In this document: in pieces, positions 26,014 to 36,292 of the stretch | How the letters are laid out: every line of letters starts with the position of its first letter | Numbering within the stretch: position 1 is the first letter of the stretch | Assembly (NCBI GenBank): GCA_044229975.1 | Contig: JBGARZ010000015.1 | Coordinates: 157,525-221,524, forward strand | Length of the DNA: 64,000 nucleotides | Direction: 5' to 3' | Origin: Polyangiales bacterium | GTDB taxonomy: Bacteria > Myxococcota_A > Polyangia > Polyangiales > Ga0077539 | Translations under genes and position numbers: made by a program | Notes under the pieces: model-generated | The model's database searches: none | The model's input: the letters and a program-made list of their open reading frames with translations, nothing else | What the model was told of the DNA's origin: nothing

Positions 26014-28663
26014 CGAGCGAAAACCGCTCCTCCGCGCGCTGCCTCGACGCGCGCCCGAAGGCCCGTCGTCGCGCCCCGTCGCTCGCCAGCTCGATCAACG
26101 CATCGCCCAGGGCCCGCGCATCACCGCGCTGCGTGACGAGCCCGTTGAGCCCGTGCTCGACCTGCTCGCGCGCCCCGCCCGCGTCGGTCACCACCAGCGG
26201 GAGCCCCATGGCCATCGCTTCGAGCGACGCGTTGGGGCAACCCTCGGGCTCCGACACCATCGCGAACACGTCGAGCCCATCGAGAAACGCGCCCACGTCC
26301 GAACGCTCGCCCACCCACTCCACGCGCAGCCCCGCGGACCGCGCCCGCAGCGCCTCGGCGTACGCGTCGCTCCCCGTCTCCACGCCACCCGCGATGCGCA
26401 GCACGTGCGGCGGCAATCGCGGCGCCGCATACGCGAGCGCGTCGACGAGCTCCTCCAGCTTCTTCTGTGGCGAGATGCGCGCCGTCGTCCCGATGACCAG
26501 CAGCCCGCCACCCGAGCCGCGCGCGGTGGCCTCCGGCAGCACGACCCCATTGGGAATCACCCGCACCGGCGCGCCGAGCTGCCCGGCCCGCGGCGCCTCG
26601 GCGGCGTACTTCACCACCAAGGCCGCGAGGTGACGGCCGTAGTCGAGCGGCGAGCACACCGGCAGATCAGCGCCCGCACGCCGCCCCGCGAAGTACCGCT
26701 CCAGCGACGCATAGAACATCTCCCCAGGGCTCACATCCACCACGCGCACCCCGACGAGCGCGTCGGCGAGGCGGAGCTTGTGTTCGGCGAGGGTGTTCCA
26801 GAAGAGCACGGCGGCGGGTGGTTGCTCGTCCATGGCGGCGAGCAGTTGCTCCACCGCGGCCGCCGGGGACATCGCGTGCGGCGGCGGTATCGCCAACACC
26901 GGAATGCCTGCCTCCACCAGCGCGCGTCGACCCGCCGTCGGCCGCTCGGGCTCCTCCTGCAAGGTCGCGGCGCGCACCGTCACGCCTCGCGCCGCCAGAC
27001 CCGTGAGCAGTCGCCGCGCGGACGACTGCGCCCCGCCCATGGAGAAGTTGTTGGTGACCAGCCACACGGTGCGCGCGTCACCCGTCGGTCGCAGCGCGTG
27101 GCGGTACAGGCGCGCGTGGCGATGGGCCATCGCGGACGTGTCGTAGCGCGAGCGCAGCGCGTCGTCGGTCGCACGCGGACGAGCCGCGGCCATCACCGCC
27201 GCGGCGAAGACCTCCGGCGTCGCGTCTTCGGCCACGAGGCGGACCGATGCGCTCACGTCGGCGATCTCCCGCGCGCCGCCCACGTCGGTGGTGACCACGG
27301 GGAGCCCCGCCGCGAGGGCTTCGAGCTGCGCGAGGCTCAAGCCCTCGTAGGCGCTCGTCGAGACGAAGACGTCGGCCGCTGCGAGGTACGTCGGAACGTC
27401 CGTCGTCGAGTCGACGCGGTGCACCCGCGACGCGACGCCGGCTTCGTCGATGGCGCGGGAGAGCGCTTCTTCCGCGACCCGGGCCGGCGCGCTGCGGCCG
27501 TGGCGGTCGCCGACGATGACGAGGTGGGCGGGTCGGTCGCTCACGGCGTCGAGCGCGGTGAGCACCGCGGGCAGTCGGTCGAGGCGCTTCTGCGGGCGCG
27601 GGTTGGCGACGGCGACGAGCACCAGCGCGCCATCGAGTCTGAGCGCGCGGCGGGTCTCGGCGACGGGCGCGAGCGACGCGCGGCGGGTGGTGTCGTCGAA
27701 GGCGATGCCGTTCCAGGCGGTGCGGATGCGAGCGCGGGGGAGGTCGGCGGCGACGAGGTCGGCCTCGACGGCGAGCGAGCAGGCGACCAGCAGGCGGGCG
27801 TCGTCGGCCGCGAGCGCATCGAGCGCGGTGGGCCATCCGGGGCGCGCGTTGTGAACCGTCACCAAGGGTGCCATCCCGAGCGCCGCGAGGGCGCGCACGG
27901 TGGGCGTCGCGATGAGGTGGGCGTGGATGAGGTCGGCGCCGAAGGCGGTGGCTTCGATCACGAGGGCGCGGGCGACGGCCTCGGGGTGGTGGCGCGCGGC
28001 CGACAGGTCGACGACGCCGGGCGGAAGCGCGAAGGGCGTGCGCGCCGGGCGGTCGACGGTGCACAGGCGCATCGCGAACCCGCGGCGGGTGAGGGCGACG
28101 TGCAGGTCGAGGGCGATGCGTTCGGCGCCGCCCTGCTGGAGGCTGGTGATGGCCTGCACCACGCGCACGTCCGCGTCGAAGGAGGCATCGAGCAGCGGGA
28201 CGCGCACCTTGCGCACCGCGCGCAACGAGCCGAGGGCGGAGCCGAGCGGGCGACCGTCACCGAGCGCGTCACCGAGCGCGCGCGCGGCGGCCGCATCGAG
28301 CCACGCGCTCACGATGGGGAGCGAATCCCAGGCGGCTGCGGAGAGGGCGGAGAGGTCGCCGCCGGTCGAGGCGATCGCGGTGCGCCACGGGTCGCTCGCG
28401 ACGCCGGGGGAGGTCAGGGAGGCGCCGAGCGCGCAGACGGGACGTCCGGTCTGGCTCGCGGGGAGGGTGAGCGCGGTGCGGGTGAATCCGAAGGCGCCCG
28501 CGCGCACGAGGTAGACGGGCGAGACCGCGGTGCGGAGCGCGGCGGCGAGCGACGCAGGGCCATGGACGACGGCGTCGGCCGCGAGGGCGCGGAGGGTGCG
28601 CGGCGCGAGGTGGGCCCCGCCGCGATCGGCGAAGACCAGGACGTCGGGGCGTCGGGTCGACAT
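25973..28663 (-). CDS. Tandem double GT4 (GT-B) glycosyltransferase
   Basis: Two GT4 units: QGGAER...SAYEGLSLAQLEALAAGLPVV and MGGAQ...SEPEGCPNASLEAMAMGLPLV. Confidence 0.88.
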   Translation of the reverse strand: MSTRRPDVLVFADRGGAHLAPRTLRALAADAVVHGPASLAAALRTAVSPVYLVRAGAFGFTRTALTLPASQTGRPVCALGASLTSPGVASDPWRTAIASTGGDLSALSAAAWDSLPIVSAWLDAAAARALGDALGDGRPLGSALGSLRAVRKVRVPLLDASFDADVRVVQAITSLQQGGAERIALDLHVALTRRGFAMRLCTVDRPARTPFALPPGVVDLSAARHHPEAVARALVIEATAFGADLIHAHLIATPTVRALAALGMAPLVTVHNARPGWPTALDALAADDARLLVACSLAVEADLVAADLPRARIRTAWNGIAFDDTTRRASLAPVAETRRALRLDGALVLVAVANPRPQKRLDRLPAVLTALDAVSDRPAHLVIVGDRHGRSAPARVAEEALSRAIDEAGVASRVHRVDSTTDVPTYLAAADVFVSTSAYEGLSLAQLEALAAGLPVVTTDVGGAREIADVSASVRLVAEDATPEVFAAAVMAAARPRATDDALRSRYDTSAMAHRHARLYRHALRPTGDARTVWLVTNNFSMGGAQSSARRLLTGLAARGVTVRAATLQEEPERPTAGRRALVEAGIPVLAIPPPHAMSPAAAVEQLLAAMDEQPPAAVLFWNTLAEHKLRLADALVGVRVVDVSPGEMFYASLERYFAGRRAGADLPVCSPLDYGRHLAALVVKYAAEAPRAGQLGAPVRVIPNGVVLPEATARGSGGGLLVIGTTARISPQKKLEELVDALAYAAPRLPPHVLRIAGGVETGSDAYAEALRARSAGLRVEWVGERSDVGAFLDGLDVFAMVSEPEGCPNASLEAMAMGLPLVVTDAGGAREQVEHGLNGLVTQRGDARALGDALIELASDGARRRAFGRASRQRAEERFSLVRMLDDYEALLAT

Positions 28664-28682
28664 CGGGCGACGTGGGGATCGC

Positions 28683-30140
28683 TCAGTACGCGGGCGGGTC
28701 GTACCCGGACCACGCAGGCACCGACGGGACTTCGTGGTGCGTGGTGTGGTGATCGTGCGCGGAGTGCGCGGAGTGTTGGTGGTGATGCGAGGGTTGGAAA
28801 TCGTGTTGCTGGTGCGACGCGTGGTGGTCGTGCTGGTGGTGGACGTGAACCACCGGACGCGGCGGGATCACGCCGACGACGGTGAGCGTGGTGGGCGTCG
28901 CGCCGGTGTAGACGAAGTGCCCCACGGCGCTGTGTTCGTAGGCGATCTGGTCGTCGTGCAAGCGGTTGCGGGCGCGGTAGGAGTAGCGGATCAGCGAGCC
29001 ATTGAAGGACGCCGGCGCATGGATGCGAAACCCGTCCGACTGCGGGACGAGCTTCACGTCACGGGCAGACTTCCGGTTGCGGATGGACCACACCACCATG
29101 CCGAGCCCGGCGAGGAGCACCACGACGTAGCCGAGGCCGACGCCCGTGTTGTCATCCACGTTGGACGGCGCGACCGAGGGCGGCGGTGGCTCCTGATAGA
29201 CGGGCGGCTGTGGCTGCGGTGGCGGTGGTGCCTGAACGACCGGCGCGGGTGGAGCCTCCGCGTCGACGACCACGCGCAGGCCCATGTCGGCGTTGCGGCT
29301 CCCGGGCGTGCTGCGTGATCGCGCGGCGCAGCGCCCGCTGTCGAGCGAGCGCAACCACGATCCACCGCGCAGCACCCGGCGCGCGGGCTCACCCGGCGGC
29401 GATCCTGCCGTCGTTTGCTGCGGGTCGGTCACGCTGCCGGCGGGGTAGGGGGCGTACCAGTCGGCGGTCCACTGCTGGACGTGGCCCACCATGTCTTGCA
29501 AGCCCAGCGGGTTGGCCGCCCGGCCTCGCGGGTCGCGGGTTCCGTTGCCGCTCCCGTCGCGAAACCACCCCGCCGCGCGGCCTGCGTTGTCGCCCTCGCC
29601 GTTGTAGTAGGCGGTGGTGGTCCCGGCGCGGCAGGCGAGCTCCCACTCGGCCTCCGTGGGCAATCGCACCCGGCGTCCGGTCTGCGTCGAGGCCCACGCC
29701 GTGAAGCGCGTCGCGTCGCCGAAGGTGAGCAGCACGGCCGGGTGCTCGTCGGTCTGTGGGAAGCCCGGCGTTCGCCAATGGAAGTCGGGGCGCTGAACGA
29801 GGGCACGCCCGTCGAAGCCGTAGCCTCCCGAGCGCCCGGTCTCGGACTCGGTGCGGTACCCGGTGGCGTCGACGAAGCGCGCGAACTGCCCGCGCAGCAC
29901 GGGCACCTCGGCCATGTAGAAGTCGCGGGTGATGGTGACGTCATGCGGGGTCTCGTCGGCGCCTCGGCCCCGCTCATTGGCGGGGGAGCCCTGGCGGAAG
30001 GTCGCCGCGTGGACGAGAACGAGCGTGAGGTGGTGCCCGCCGCCGAGGTCGAGTTCGAGTCGCTCGGGCCAGGCCGCGGCCGCGCGACTGGCGAGCAGGA
30101 GAGCGACGGTCGCGAGGGCGGTGCGTGCGGGGCGCGTCAT
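28683..30140 (-). CDS. FGE-sulfatase (SUMF1) domain protein with TM helix and His-rich tail
   Basis: Signal peptide; RLPTEAEWELACRAG, GLQDMVGHV, RVLRGGSW, GLRVV; Pro linker, TM, His-rich C-terminus. Confidence 0.85.
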   Translation of the reverse strand: MTRPARTALATVALLLASRAAAAWPERLELDLGGGHHLTLVLVHAATFRQGSPANERGRGADETPHDVTITRDFYMAEVPVLRGQFARFVDATGYRTESETGRSGGYGFDGRALVQRPDFHWRTPGFPQTDEHPAVLLTFGDATRFTAWASTQTGRRVRLPTEAEWELACRAGTTTAYYNGEGDNAGRAAGWFRDGSGNGTRDPRGRAANPLGLQDMVGHVQQWTADWYAPYPAGSVTDPQQTTAGSPPGEPARRVLRGGSWLRSLDSGRCAARSRSTPGSRNADMGLRVVVDAEAPPAPVVQAPPPPQPQPPVYQEPPPPSVAPSNVDDNTGVGLGYVVVLLAGLGMVVWSIRNRKSARDVKLVPQSDGFRIHAPASFNGSLIRYSYRARNRLHDDQIAYEHSAVGHFVYTGATPTTLTVVGVIPPRPVVHVHHQHDHHASHQQHDFQPSHHHQHSAHSAHDHHTTHHEVPSVPAWSGYDPPAY

Positions 30141-30192
30141 CGGGTTGCGACGGTACCGCAGTGCTGCCGCGGTCGTGTACCTCGCGACCCGG

Positions 30193-31092
30193 TCAGCGCG
30201 CCCGGCGGAGAAAGCTCACGACCTCGGCGTTCATCACGCGGTGAAACGCGGGGCGGTCGAAGCCCGGCGGGTCTTGCGACGGTGCAAACGACGGGTCGCA
30301 CATCGCCGCGGGAAACGGGCTGAGAAACGCGTAGTGCCCGCCGCCCTCGACGACGCGGTGCTCGACCCGCCGCGGGTCGCGAACGCCTCGCAGCACGACC
30401 TCTGAGTTGAGCCCCAGCGCGAGCTCATCGTCCCCTCCCGTGAAGAGCAGCACCGGCACGTCGACGTCGCTCAGCGCGTCGTCCTCCGCGCAGAACCACA
30501 CCAGCGCCGGCGCGAGGAGCACCAGCGCCCGCACCCGCGCATCGGCCACGACATCGACCCGGCGGGCGACTTCATCCGCCGACTCGTGCGGCATCGACGT
30601 CGGGCGACCGCCCGCGACGGCGAGCGCGGTGTACCCGCCCATGGAGTGCCCGATGAGCGCGACGCCGTCCGTGGAGAGGTGAGGGCCCACTGCGGCATCT
30701 GCGAAGGCAGCATCGAGGCACAGGCGAACGTGGCGCGGTCGGTTGGCGAGGTTGGCCGCCGTCCCGGCGAGGCGATCGTCGCGGCGGTTGTTGCCGGGGT
30801 GCTCGATGAGCGCAACCACGAAGCCCGAGCGGGCGAGGTGCGCCGCGAGGTCGCGGTAGACCCACGGGGAGCCACCCGTGCCGTGCGAGATGACCACGAG
30901 CGGGAGGCGGTCTCCCGCGACGGGCGCGTCGGTGGCTACGTCGAGCGGGTACGGTCCGAAGCGCCGCGTCTGGGCGGGGGACAGCGTCGGATAGAGAAAC
31001 CACAGCGGCACATTGGTGCCCTGGACGTCATCGGTCGCGTTCGCGTTGCGGCAACCGACGTTCAGTTCGTGGTGGGCGTCGTCGTGAGTCAC
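30193..31092 (-). CDS. Alpha/beta hydrolase (predicted dienelactone hydrolase-like)
   Basis: PLVVISHGTGG, GHSMGG nucleophile elbow, GGHYAF; GTG start estimated. Confidence 0.85.
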   Translation of the reverse strand: MTHDDAHHELNVGCRNANATDDVQGTNVPLWFLYPTLSPAQTRRFGPYPLDVATDAPVAGDRLPLVVISHGTGGSPWVYRDLAAHLARSGFVVALIEHPGNNRRDDRLAGTAANLANRPRHVRLCLDAAFADAAVGPHLSTDGVALIGHSMGGYTALAVAGGRPTSMPHESADEVARRVDVVADARVRALVLLAPALVWFCAEDDALSDVDVPVLLFTGGDDELALGLNSEVVLRGVRDPRRVEHRVVEGGGHYAFLSPFPAAMCDPSFAPSQDPPGFDRPAFHRVMNAEVVSFLRRAR

Positions 31093-31165
31093 GACGCGAC
31101 GATGCCATGGGTCGAGGCGGGCGTGACCGCTGCGCGCCGCGCCAACGCTGCGGCGTGGGCCACGG

Positions 31166-33355
31166 CTACTCCCGCGCCGCCACGGTGTGCAGCCCCGCGC
31201 GAACGCCTTCGTACACCGCGCGCATCCGCGCCAGGTCGGCCGGGTGCGTCGCGGCCAGGTTGGTGCGCTCGCCCGGGTCTTCGGTGAGGTGGTACAGCTC
31301 GAAGCGACCGACGCCGCGCTCCAGCAGCTTCCACCCGCCGTCGATGACCCCGCGGCGCAGGCTGTTGTACGGGCCCTCGGGCAGCTCCAGGTAGATCGGC
31401 CGCGCGGGCGCCTCTTCCCCGCGCAGGTCCCCGGAGAGGCTCTCTCCCGACATCGCATCGGGCGTGCCCTCTGCTGGTCGCGGCAGCCCCAACAGACTCA
31501 ACAGCGTCGGCGCGAGGTCGATCTGGCTGCGCGGCGTCGTCACTCTCCGCGGCGCCACCCCCGGCGCGTAGATGATCCACGGGACGCGCACCAGCTCCTC
31601 CCACAGCTCCACCCCGTGCCACGACATGCCGTGCTCGGCGAAGGCCTCTCCGTGGTCGGCCGTCACCACCACGGCGGTGCGCCGCGCGACGTCGCCCGGC
31701 AACGCCTCCAACGCGTCGAGCACCCGCCCCACCTGCACGTCCGTGAACATCACCTCGCGGAAGTACTTCGCCCGCTCGCCGCGCCCGAAGAGCGGCAGCT
31801 CGGGGTGGTCGACGTACTGCTTGTGCGGGTCGAAGAAGTGCGCCCACACCATGAAGCGACCCGGCGTGCGCGCCGCCTCCTGCAACTGCGCGATGGCGCG
31901 ATCGGCCACGCGGTTGTCGGCCGCGCGGGTCTCCTGCTCGCCCGACGGCTGCGCGCTCATGTCCCAGGTGTCGATGCCCTGCGTGAGACCGAAGCGCGGC
32001 TCGAAGTAGAAGTGCGAGGCGGCGCCCGCCGTGCGAAACCCGGCCTCCCGCAAACGCTCGGCGAGGAAGACGTTGCTCGCGAGGTAGCGGGTGAAGTGCT
32101 GCGCGTCGCGCGGACACTCCGTGGGGTAGCGCCCCGTGAGCATCGGACCGATCGCCCGCCCCGTGTACGAGCTGATGGCGTAGGCGTGATCGAAGACCAC
32201 CGAGCGCGCCGCGAGCGCGTCGAGCCGCGGGGAGATGGGGTTGGGGTTGCCCGCGTAGTGGAGGTCCCAGCGCAGCGTGTCCACAGTGATGAACACCAGG
32301 TTGTCGATGCGCGGCAGCGCCGGGGCCGTCGCCGACGGAGCGCTCTCCACGGGGCGCACCCGACGGGGAGGCGCCACGGCGTCGCGACCCGAACAGTCCT
32401 CGTCGACGCCGTTGCCGGGGAGGTCGGTGGCGCCGGGGTTGATGGTCGCGTCGCGGTCGTTGCAGTCGCCGCCGCCGAAGCGGCGCGCGAAGCCGTCGTG
32501 GTCGCCGTCGGTTCGCTTGCGGAGGAGACGAAGCACCGCGCGAGGGAGGGTCGGTCGCGCGTCGATGTCCACTGCGACAGGGCTCGCGCCGAAGCGCGTG
32601 GCATCGAAGGCGAGCGCTCCACCTGCGAGCACCGTCACCGCGGCGAAGGCGGGGAGCGCGCGACGGCGGAGTGCGACGGCGAGCACCAGGGCGAGAGCGC
32701 CGATGCCCAGGAGCTGGAGCACGGGGGTCAGGTCGAGCTCGGGCTTCTTCAAGACGCCGAAGCCCGAGAGGAGGAGGGCGGCGCGGGTGAAGGTTCCGTC
32801 GGGGTTGCCCCAGTAGACGCCGTGGGCGGCGGTCGCGACGGCCAGCGCGAATCCGATGGCGGCAGTGCCCGCGAGCAGCGTCGTGACGGGATGTCGCGCG
32901 GGCAGCCGGGGCGCGACGAGGCGGATGATTGCCGCAAGGGTCGCAAGGGTCGCAAGGGTCAGAAACAAGAGGGCGAAGGACTGCGCGAAGGAGGCGAGAC
33001 CGACGTGGTGATAGGCGGTGAGGAAGTGCCGTCCCGCGAGGGAGACGAGGCCCATCCAGAGCACAGCGGCTGTTGGTGCGACGAGGAGCGAAGCGCCGAC
33101 GGTTGCGGCGCGTGGATCGGCCCACGCGCGCAGTCGCTCCAGGCGCGCGGGTGTCGCGAGGAGCGCGAAGGGGACGAGTGCCGCGCCGACCACCGCACCT
33201 GGGACGACGAGCAGCCCGGCGAGGCGGAGCGCGAGGTCGAGGTGCTGGCCCGACGGGGCGCGCGCCGCGGAGAGGGTGCCGACGAGGAGACCGGCGAGCG
33301 GTCCAGCGGCGAGGGGGAGGAGGGCGCGCTCGATGGCGCGGGACGGTCGGCTCAC
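31166..33355 (-). CDS. Membrane-anchored sulfatase/alkaline-phosphatase superfamily protein with a DCND...PG...NGVDEDC metal-binding repeat
   Basis: N-terminal TM helices; ITVDTLR, FFDPH, TADHGE, HG...VPWI, QIDLAPT, DPGE..NLA. Confidence 0.85.
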   Translation of the reverse strand: MSRPSRAIERALLPLAAGPLAGLLVGTLSAARAPSGQHLDLALRLAGLLVVPGAVVGAALVPFALLATPARLERLRAWADPRAATVGASLLVAPTAAVLWMGLVSLAGRHFLTAYHHVGLASFAQSFALLFLTLATLATLAAIIRLVAPRLPARHPVTTLLAGTAAIGFALAVATAAHGVYWGNPDGTFTRAALLLSGFGVLKKPELDLTPVLQLLGIGALALVLAVALRRRALPAFAAVTVLAGGALAFDATRFGASPVAVDIDARPTLPRAVLRLLRKRTDGDHDGFARRFGGGDCNDRDATINPGATDLPGNGVDEDCSGRDAVAPPRRVRPVESAPSATAPALPRIDNLVFITVDTLRWDLHYAGNPNPISPRLDALAARSVVFDHAYAISSYTGRAIGPMLTGRYPTECPRDAQHFTRYLASNVFLAERLREAGFRTAGAASHFYFEPRFGLTQGIDTWDMSAQPSGEQETRAADNRVADRAIAQLQEAARTPGRFMVWAHFFDPHKQYVDHPELPLFGRGERAKYFREVMFTDVQVGRVLDALEALPGDVARRTAVVVTADHGEAFAEHGMSWHGVELWEELVRVPWIIYAPGVAPRRVTTPRSQIDLAPTLLSLLGLPRPAEGTPDAMSGESLSGDLRGEEAPARPIYLELPEGPYNSLRRGVIDGGWKLLERGVGRFELYHLTEDPGERTNLAATHPADLARMRAVYEGVRAGLHTVAARE

Positions 33356-33371
33356 GGGATGGCGGGTGTGT

Positions 33372-34151
33372 TCAGGTGCCCTTGAACGCGGGCGGTCGCT
33401 TCTGGAAGAACGCCGTGATGCCTTCGATGCAGTCGTCCGAGCGAAGGCACTCGGTCTGCGCGGCGCCCTCGTCGCGGAAGGCCGCGTCGAAGGTCTTGGA
33501 GAGGCCGCTCCGCACGAGGCGCTTGATGTGCGCGATGGCGATGGGCGGGCCGTTGACCAGCTTGTCGGCGACGGCGGTGACGGCGGCGTCGAGCTCCTCG
33601 GGGGCGACCACCTTCGCGACGAGGCCGAAGTGCAGCGCGGCCGCGGCGTCGAGCTTCTCGCCGAGCAGCGTCAGCTCCAGGGCCTTGGAGAGGCCGACGA
33701 GGTGGGGGAGCATCCAGGTTCCGCCGCCGTCGGGGATGAGGCCGATGCGAACGAAGCCCTCCTGGAAGTACGCGCGCGACGAGGCCACGCGCAGGTCGCA
33801 TGCGAGCGCGAGGTCGCAGCCGAAGCCGTAGGCCACGCCGTCCACCGCCGCGATGGTGGGGAGCGGCGACGAGACGATGGCGCGCACGAGGTCTTGAAAG
33901 TGTCCGAGGTGCGACTCGACCTCGTTGCGCAGGTCGGGCCCCGCCGCGACCGCGTAGCGCAGGTCGGCCCCCGAGCAGAAAGCCCCGCTGCGCCCGACGA
34001 TGATGATGGCGCGCGCCTTCGCCTCGACGGCGCCGTCGACGCCGGCCTTGAGGGCGGCGAGCACGTCGGGGTCGAGGGCGTTGCGGCAGTCGGGGCGGTC
34101 GAGGGTGATCCAGCGGGCGCCGGCGCGGTCGTCAACGGATACGGCGGCCAT
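33372..34151 (-). CDS. Enoyl-CoA hydratase/isomerase family protein
   Basis: LDRPDCRNAL, FCSGADL, AYGFGCDLALACD, GLIPDGG, EGITAFFQKRPPAF. Confidence 0.92.
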   Translation of the reverse strand: MAAVSVDDRAGARWITLDRPDCRNALDPDVLAALKAGVDGAVEAKARAIIIVGRSGAFCSGADLRYAVAAGPDLRNEVESHLGHFQDLVRAIVSSPLPTIAAVDGVAYGFGCDLALACDLRVASSRAYFQEGFVRIGLIPDGGGTWMLPHLVGLSKALELTLLGEKLDAAAALHFGLVAKVVAPEELDAAVTAVADKLVNGPPIAIAHIKRLVRSGLSKTFDAAFRDEGAAQTECLRSDDCIEGITAFFQKRPPAFKGT

Positions 34152-34153
34152 GA

Positions 34154-35557
34154 TCAGAGGTCTCCTTTGGGTTTGGGGTCGTCGGGCGTCCCGTCCGCGA
34201 AGGTCGAGCGCGAGAGGGGGTTGATGTCGGGCATGACCACGCGAGGCACCCTCGGTGGCGGCGGAACCGGGTCCTCCGCGAGGTCGAGCTGCGCGATCTC
34301 GACGGTGTGCATCGGGCCGTCGGTCGCGGGCATGGCCGTGTAGAAGCGGGTGGAGCGGTAGTAGTCGACGGCCTCGCCGACGAGCACGCGCAGCACCGAC
34401 GCGACGGGGATGGCTGCTAGCAGGCCGACGAAGCCCATGAGCTTGCCGCCCGCGAGCAGCGCGAGGATGACCCACACCGGCGAGAGCCCGATGGAGCCGC
34501 CGAGGATGCGCGGCGTGACGAAGGTGATGTCGACGATGTGGACGAAGACCATGTAGCCGACGACGGCGAGGCACGCGGCGCTGCCACCGTCGAGCGCGGC
34601 GAGCAGCGCGGCGAGCCCGAGCGCGATGAAGAACCCGATGTACGGGACCACCGAGAGCAGGCCCGCGAGGATGCCGAGGCCGACGCCCGCGGGCACCTTG
34701 AGCGCCCAGAGGCCCAGGGAGAAGAGGCTGCCCAGGATGAGCATGGCGAGGGCCTGGCCGCGCACGTAGCGACCGAGGGCCGTGTTGACGTTGGCGGCGA
34801 TGCGGGAGAACTCGTGCTCGGCGCGTCGCGGCACGAGGACGAGCACGCCATCGAGGAGGCGGTGGTAGTCGAGCAGGAGATAGAAGGCCATCGCGCTGAC
34901 GATGACCGTCTCGACGACCTTCTCGATGATCGAGATGGAGAAGCCCGCGGCCGACTGGACCATCTCCAGGCTGCGGCGGGCGATCTGGTCGGTGCGCACG
35001 CCCGCCTGGTTGAGCCATGCGTCGGCGGTGGCCGGGATGCGCAGGTGGTAGCGCTGGCGGAGCGACGCGAGCAGGCGGTTGGAGTTGGGGATCCACTGGT
35101 CGCGCAGCTTGCGGGGCAGCGACGTGAGCAGGTCGGTCATCTGCCGCACGATGTCCGGCACCACGAACCAGATGAGCACCGTGAACACCACCGCGATGAG
35201 CAGCAGCACGATGACGATGGCGAGGGGGCGCGGGACGCGCAGGCGTTCGAGGCGCGAGACCAGCGGGTCGAGCAGGTAGGCCACCGCGAAGGCCGCCCCG
35301 GCGAGGCCGAGCAGGTCGCGGAAGTAGTAGGCGATGGAGAGGGCGAGGGCGACGCCGATCCACGGCAGCAGCGCGCGGCGCGGGGCCGTCGGGGCCACGA
35401 GGCGCAGCGGCCGGGCGGAGCGGGGAGCGGGGTCGGTCACGGGAGGGCGCGCACTCTCGCACAACCGCTCTGCCGTGAGGGAGGGGGGCTTGCGGACGGC
35501 AACGTGGCTGTGCGAGTGTTCAGTGGTCGGATGAACACGATCCGCGAGAGCGGACAC
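34154..35557 (-). CDS. AI-2E family transporter (PerM-like)
   Basis: AYLLDPLV, YVRGQ, VPYIG, PRILGGSIGLSP, GFVGLLAAIP; the true start may be further downstream. Confidence 0.88.
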   Translation of the reverse strand: MSALADRVHPTTEHSHSHVAVRKPPSLTAERLCESARPPVTDPAPRSARPLRLVAPTAPRRALLPWIGVALALSIAYYFRDLLGLAGAAFAVAYLLDPLVSRLERLRVPRPLAIVIVLLLIAVVFTVLIWFVVPDIVRQMTDLLTSLPRKLRDQWIPNSNRLLASLRQRYHLRIPATADAWLNQAGVRTDQIARRSLEMVQSAAGFSISIIEKVVETVIVSAMAFYLLLDYHRLLDGVLVLVPRRAEHEFSRIAANVNTALGRYVRGQALAMLILGSLFSLGLWALKVPAGVGLGILAGLLSVVPYIGFFIALGLAALLAALDGGSAACLAVVGYMVFVHIVDITFVTPRILGGSIGLSPVWVILALLAGGKLMGFVGLLAAIPVASVLRVLVGEAVDYYRSTRFYTAMPATDGPMHTVEIAQLDLAEDPVPPPPRVPRVVMPDINPLSRSTFADGTPDDPKPKGDL

Positions 35558-35568
35558 GGAGGTGCGTG

Positions 35569-35859
35569 ATGGGTGCTGAGACGACGGTGGTGACGCGGCA
35601 GCTCGACGGCGTGCTCATGGTGTTTTCCCGCTACGAGGGGATGTGGATGATCGACTGCGAGACCGAGCCGGCCAACGACGACGGCGAGTGGCGCGAGGGG
35701 TCGACGGCCGTGGCGCGCGCGGATGTGGCGGTGCTCGACGTCGAGGCGCGGCGGTCGTTTCACGCGCGGCAGTTGCGCAAGCTGGGCCTTGCGTCGCGGG
35801 GGTCGGGCGCGCGGGTGCTGTGGTCGATGATCGAGGATTTCGACGCCTTCGCGCCGTAG
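35569..35859 (+). CDS. Hypothetical protein
   Basis: RBS GGAGG upstream; high GC3 coding-like ORF. Confidence 0.5.
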   Translation: MGAETTVVTRQLDGVLMVFSRYEGMWMIDCETEPANDDGEWREGSTAVARADVAVLDVEARRSFHARQLRKLGLASRGSGARVLWSMIEDFDAFAP

Positions 35860-35948
35860 TCGGCGGTTGCCATCGGGGGCCGTGACGGAGTAGAGCGGCG
35901 CCTTCAAGACGGGCGTGCACGACGACGTCCGTGGAGGGAGTGCCCGCT

Positions 35949-36236
35949 ATGTCGATGAAGCGCACGAAGAAGGCCTCAGGGTCCACCCGCGGTGGAGCCG
36001 ACAGTGGTGGGCTCGGGTTCAACCCGCCGAGCACCGAAGTACCGACGTGGGAGACCGCGGTCGGGGCGGTGGCGGACAGCGCGTTCACGGCCTATGTGCC
36101 GGCGCTGACGTTCAAGCGCGACGCGATGCTCGAACACCCGAAGTTCGGTCGCGGCAAGGTGCTCGCGGTCGACGGCGGGCGCATCGAGGTGCTCTTCAAC
36201 GACGGCGTGAAGAAGCTGGCGCACGGACTGGCTTGA
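35949..36236 (+). CDS. Small protein with SH3/Tudor-like domain resembling the PcrA/UvrD C-terminus
   Basis: HPKFGRGKVLAVDGGRIEVLF..GVKKL; RBS GGAGGG upstream. Confidence 0.65.
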   Translation: MSMKRTKKASGSTRGGADSGGLGFNPPSTEVPTWETAVGAVADSAFTAYVPALTFKRDAMLEHPKFGRGKVLAVDGGRIEVLFNDGVKKLAHGLA

Positions 36237-36292
36237 GTCTTTCAAAAGAGTTGTGCTAGACGGCACATCCCGCTCGGGACAAACGAGCGGTT

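Noticed and set aside
32934..32960. 9-bp tandem repeat GCAAGGGTC x3
   Set aside because: In-frame (TLA)3 within a TM helix; not a phase-variation tract.
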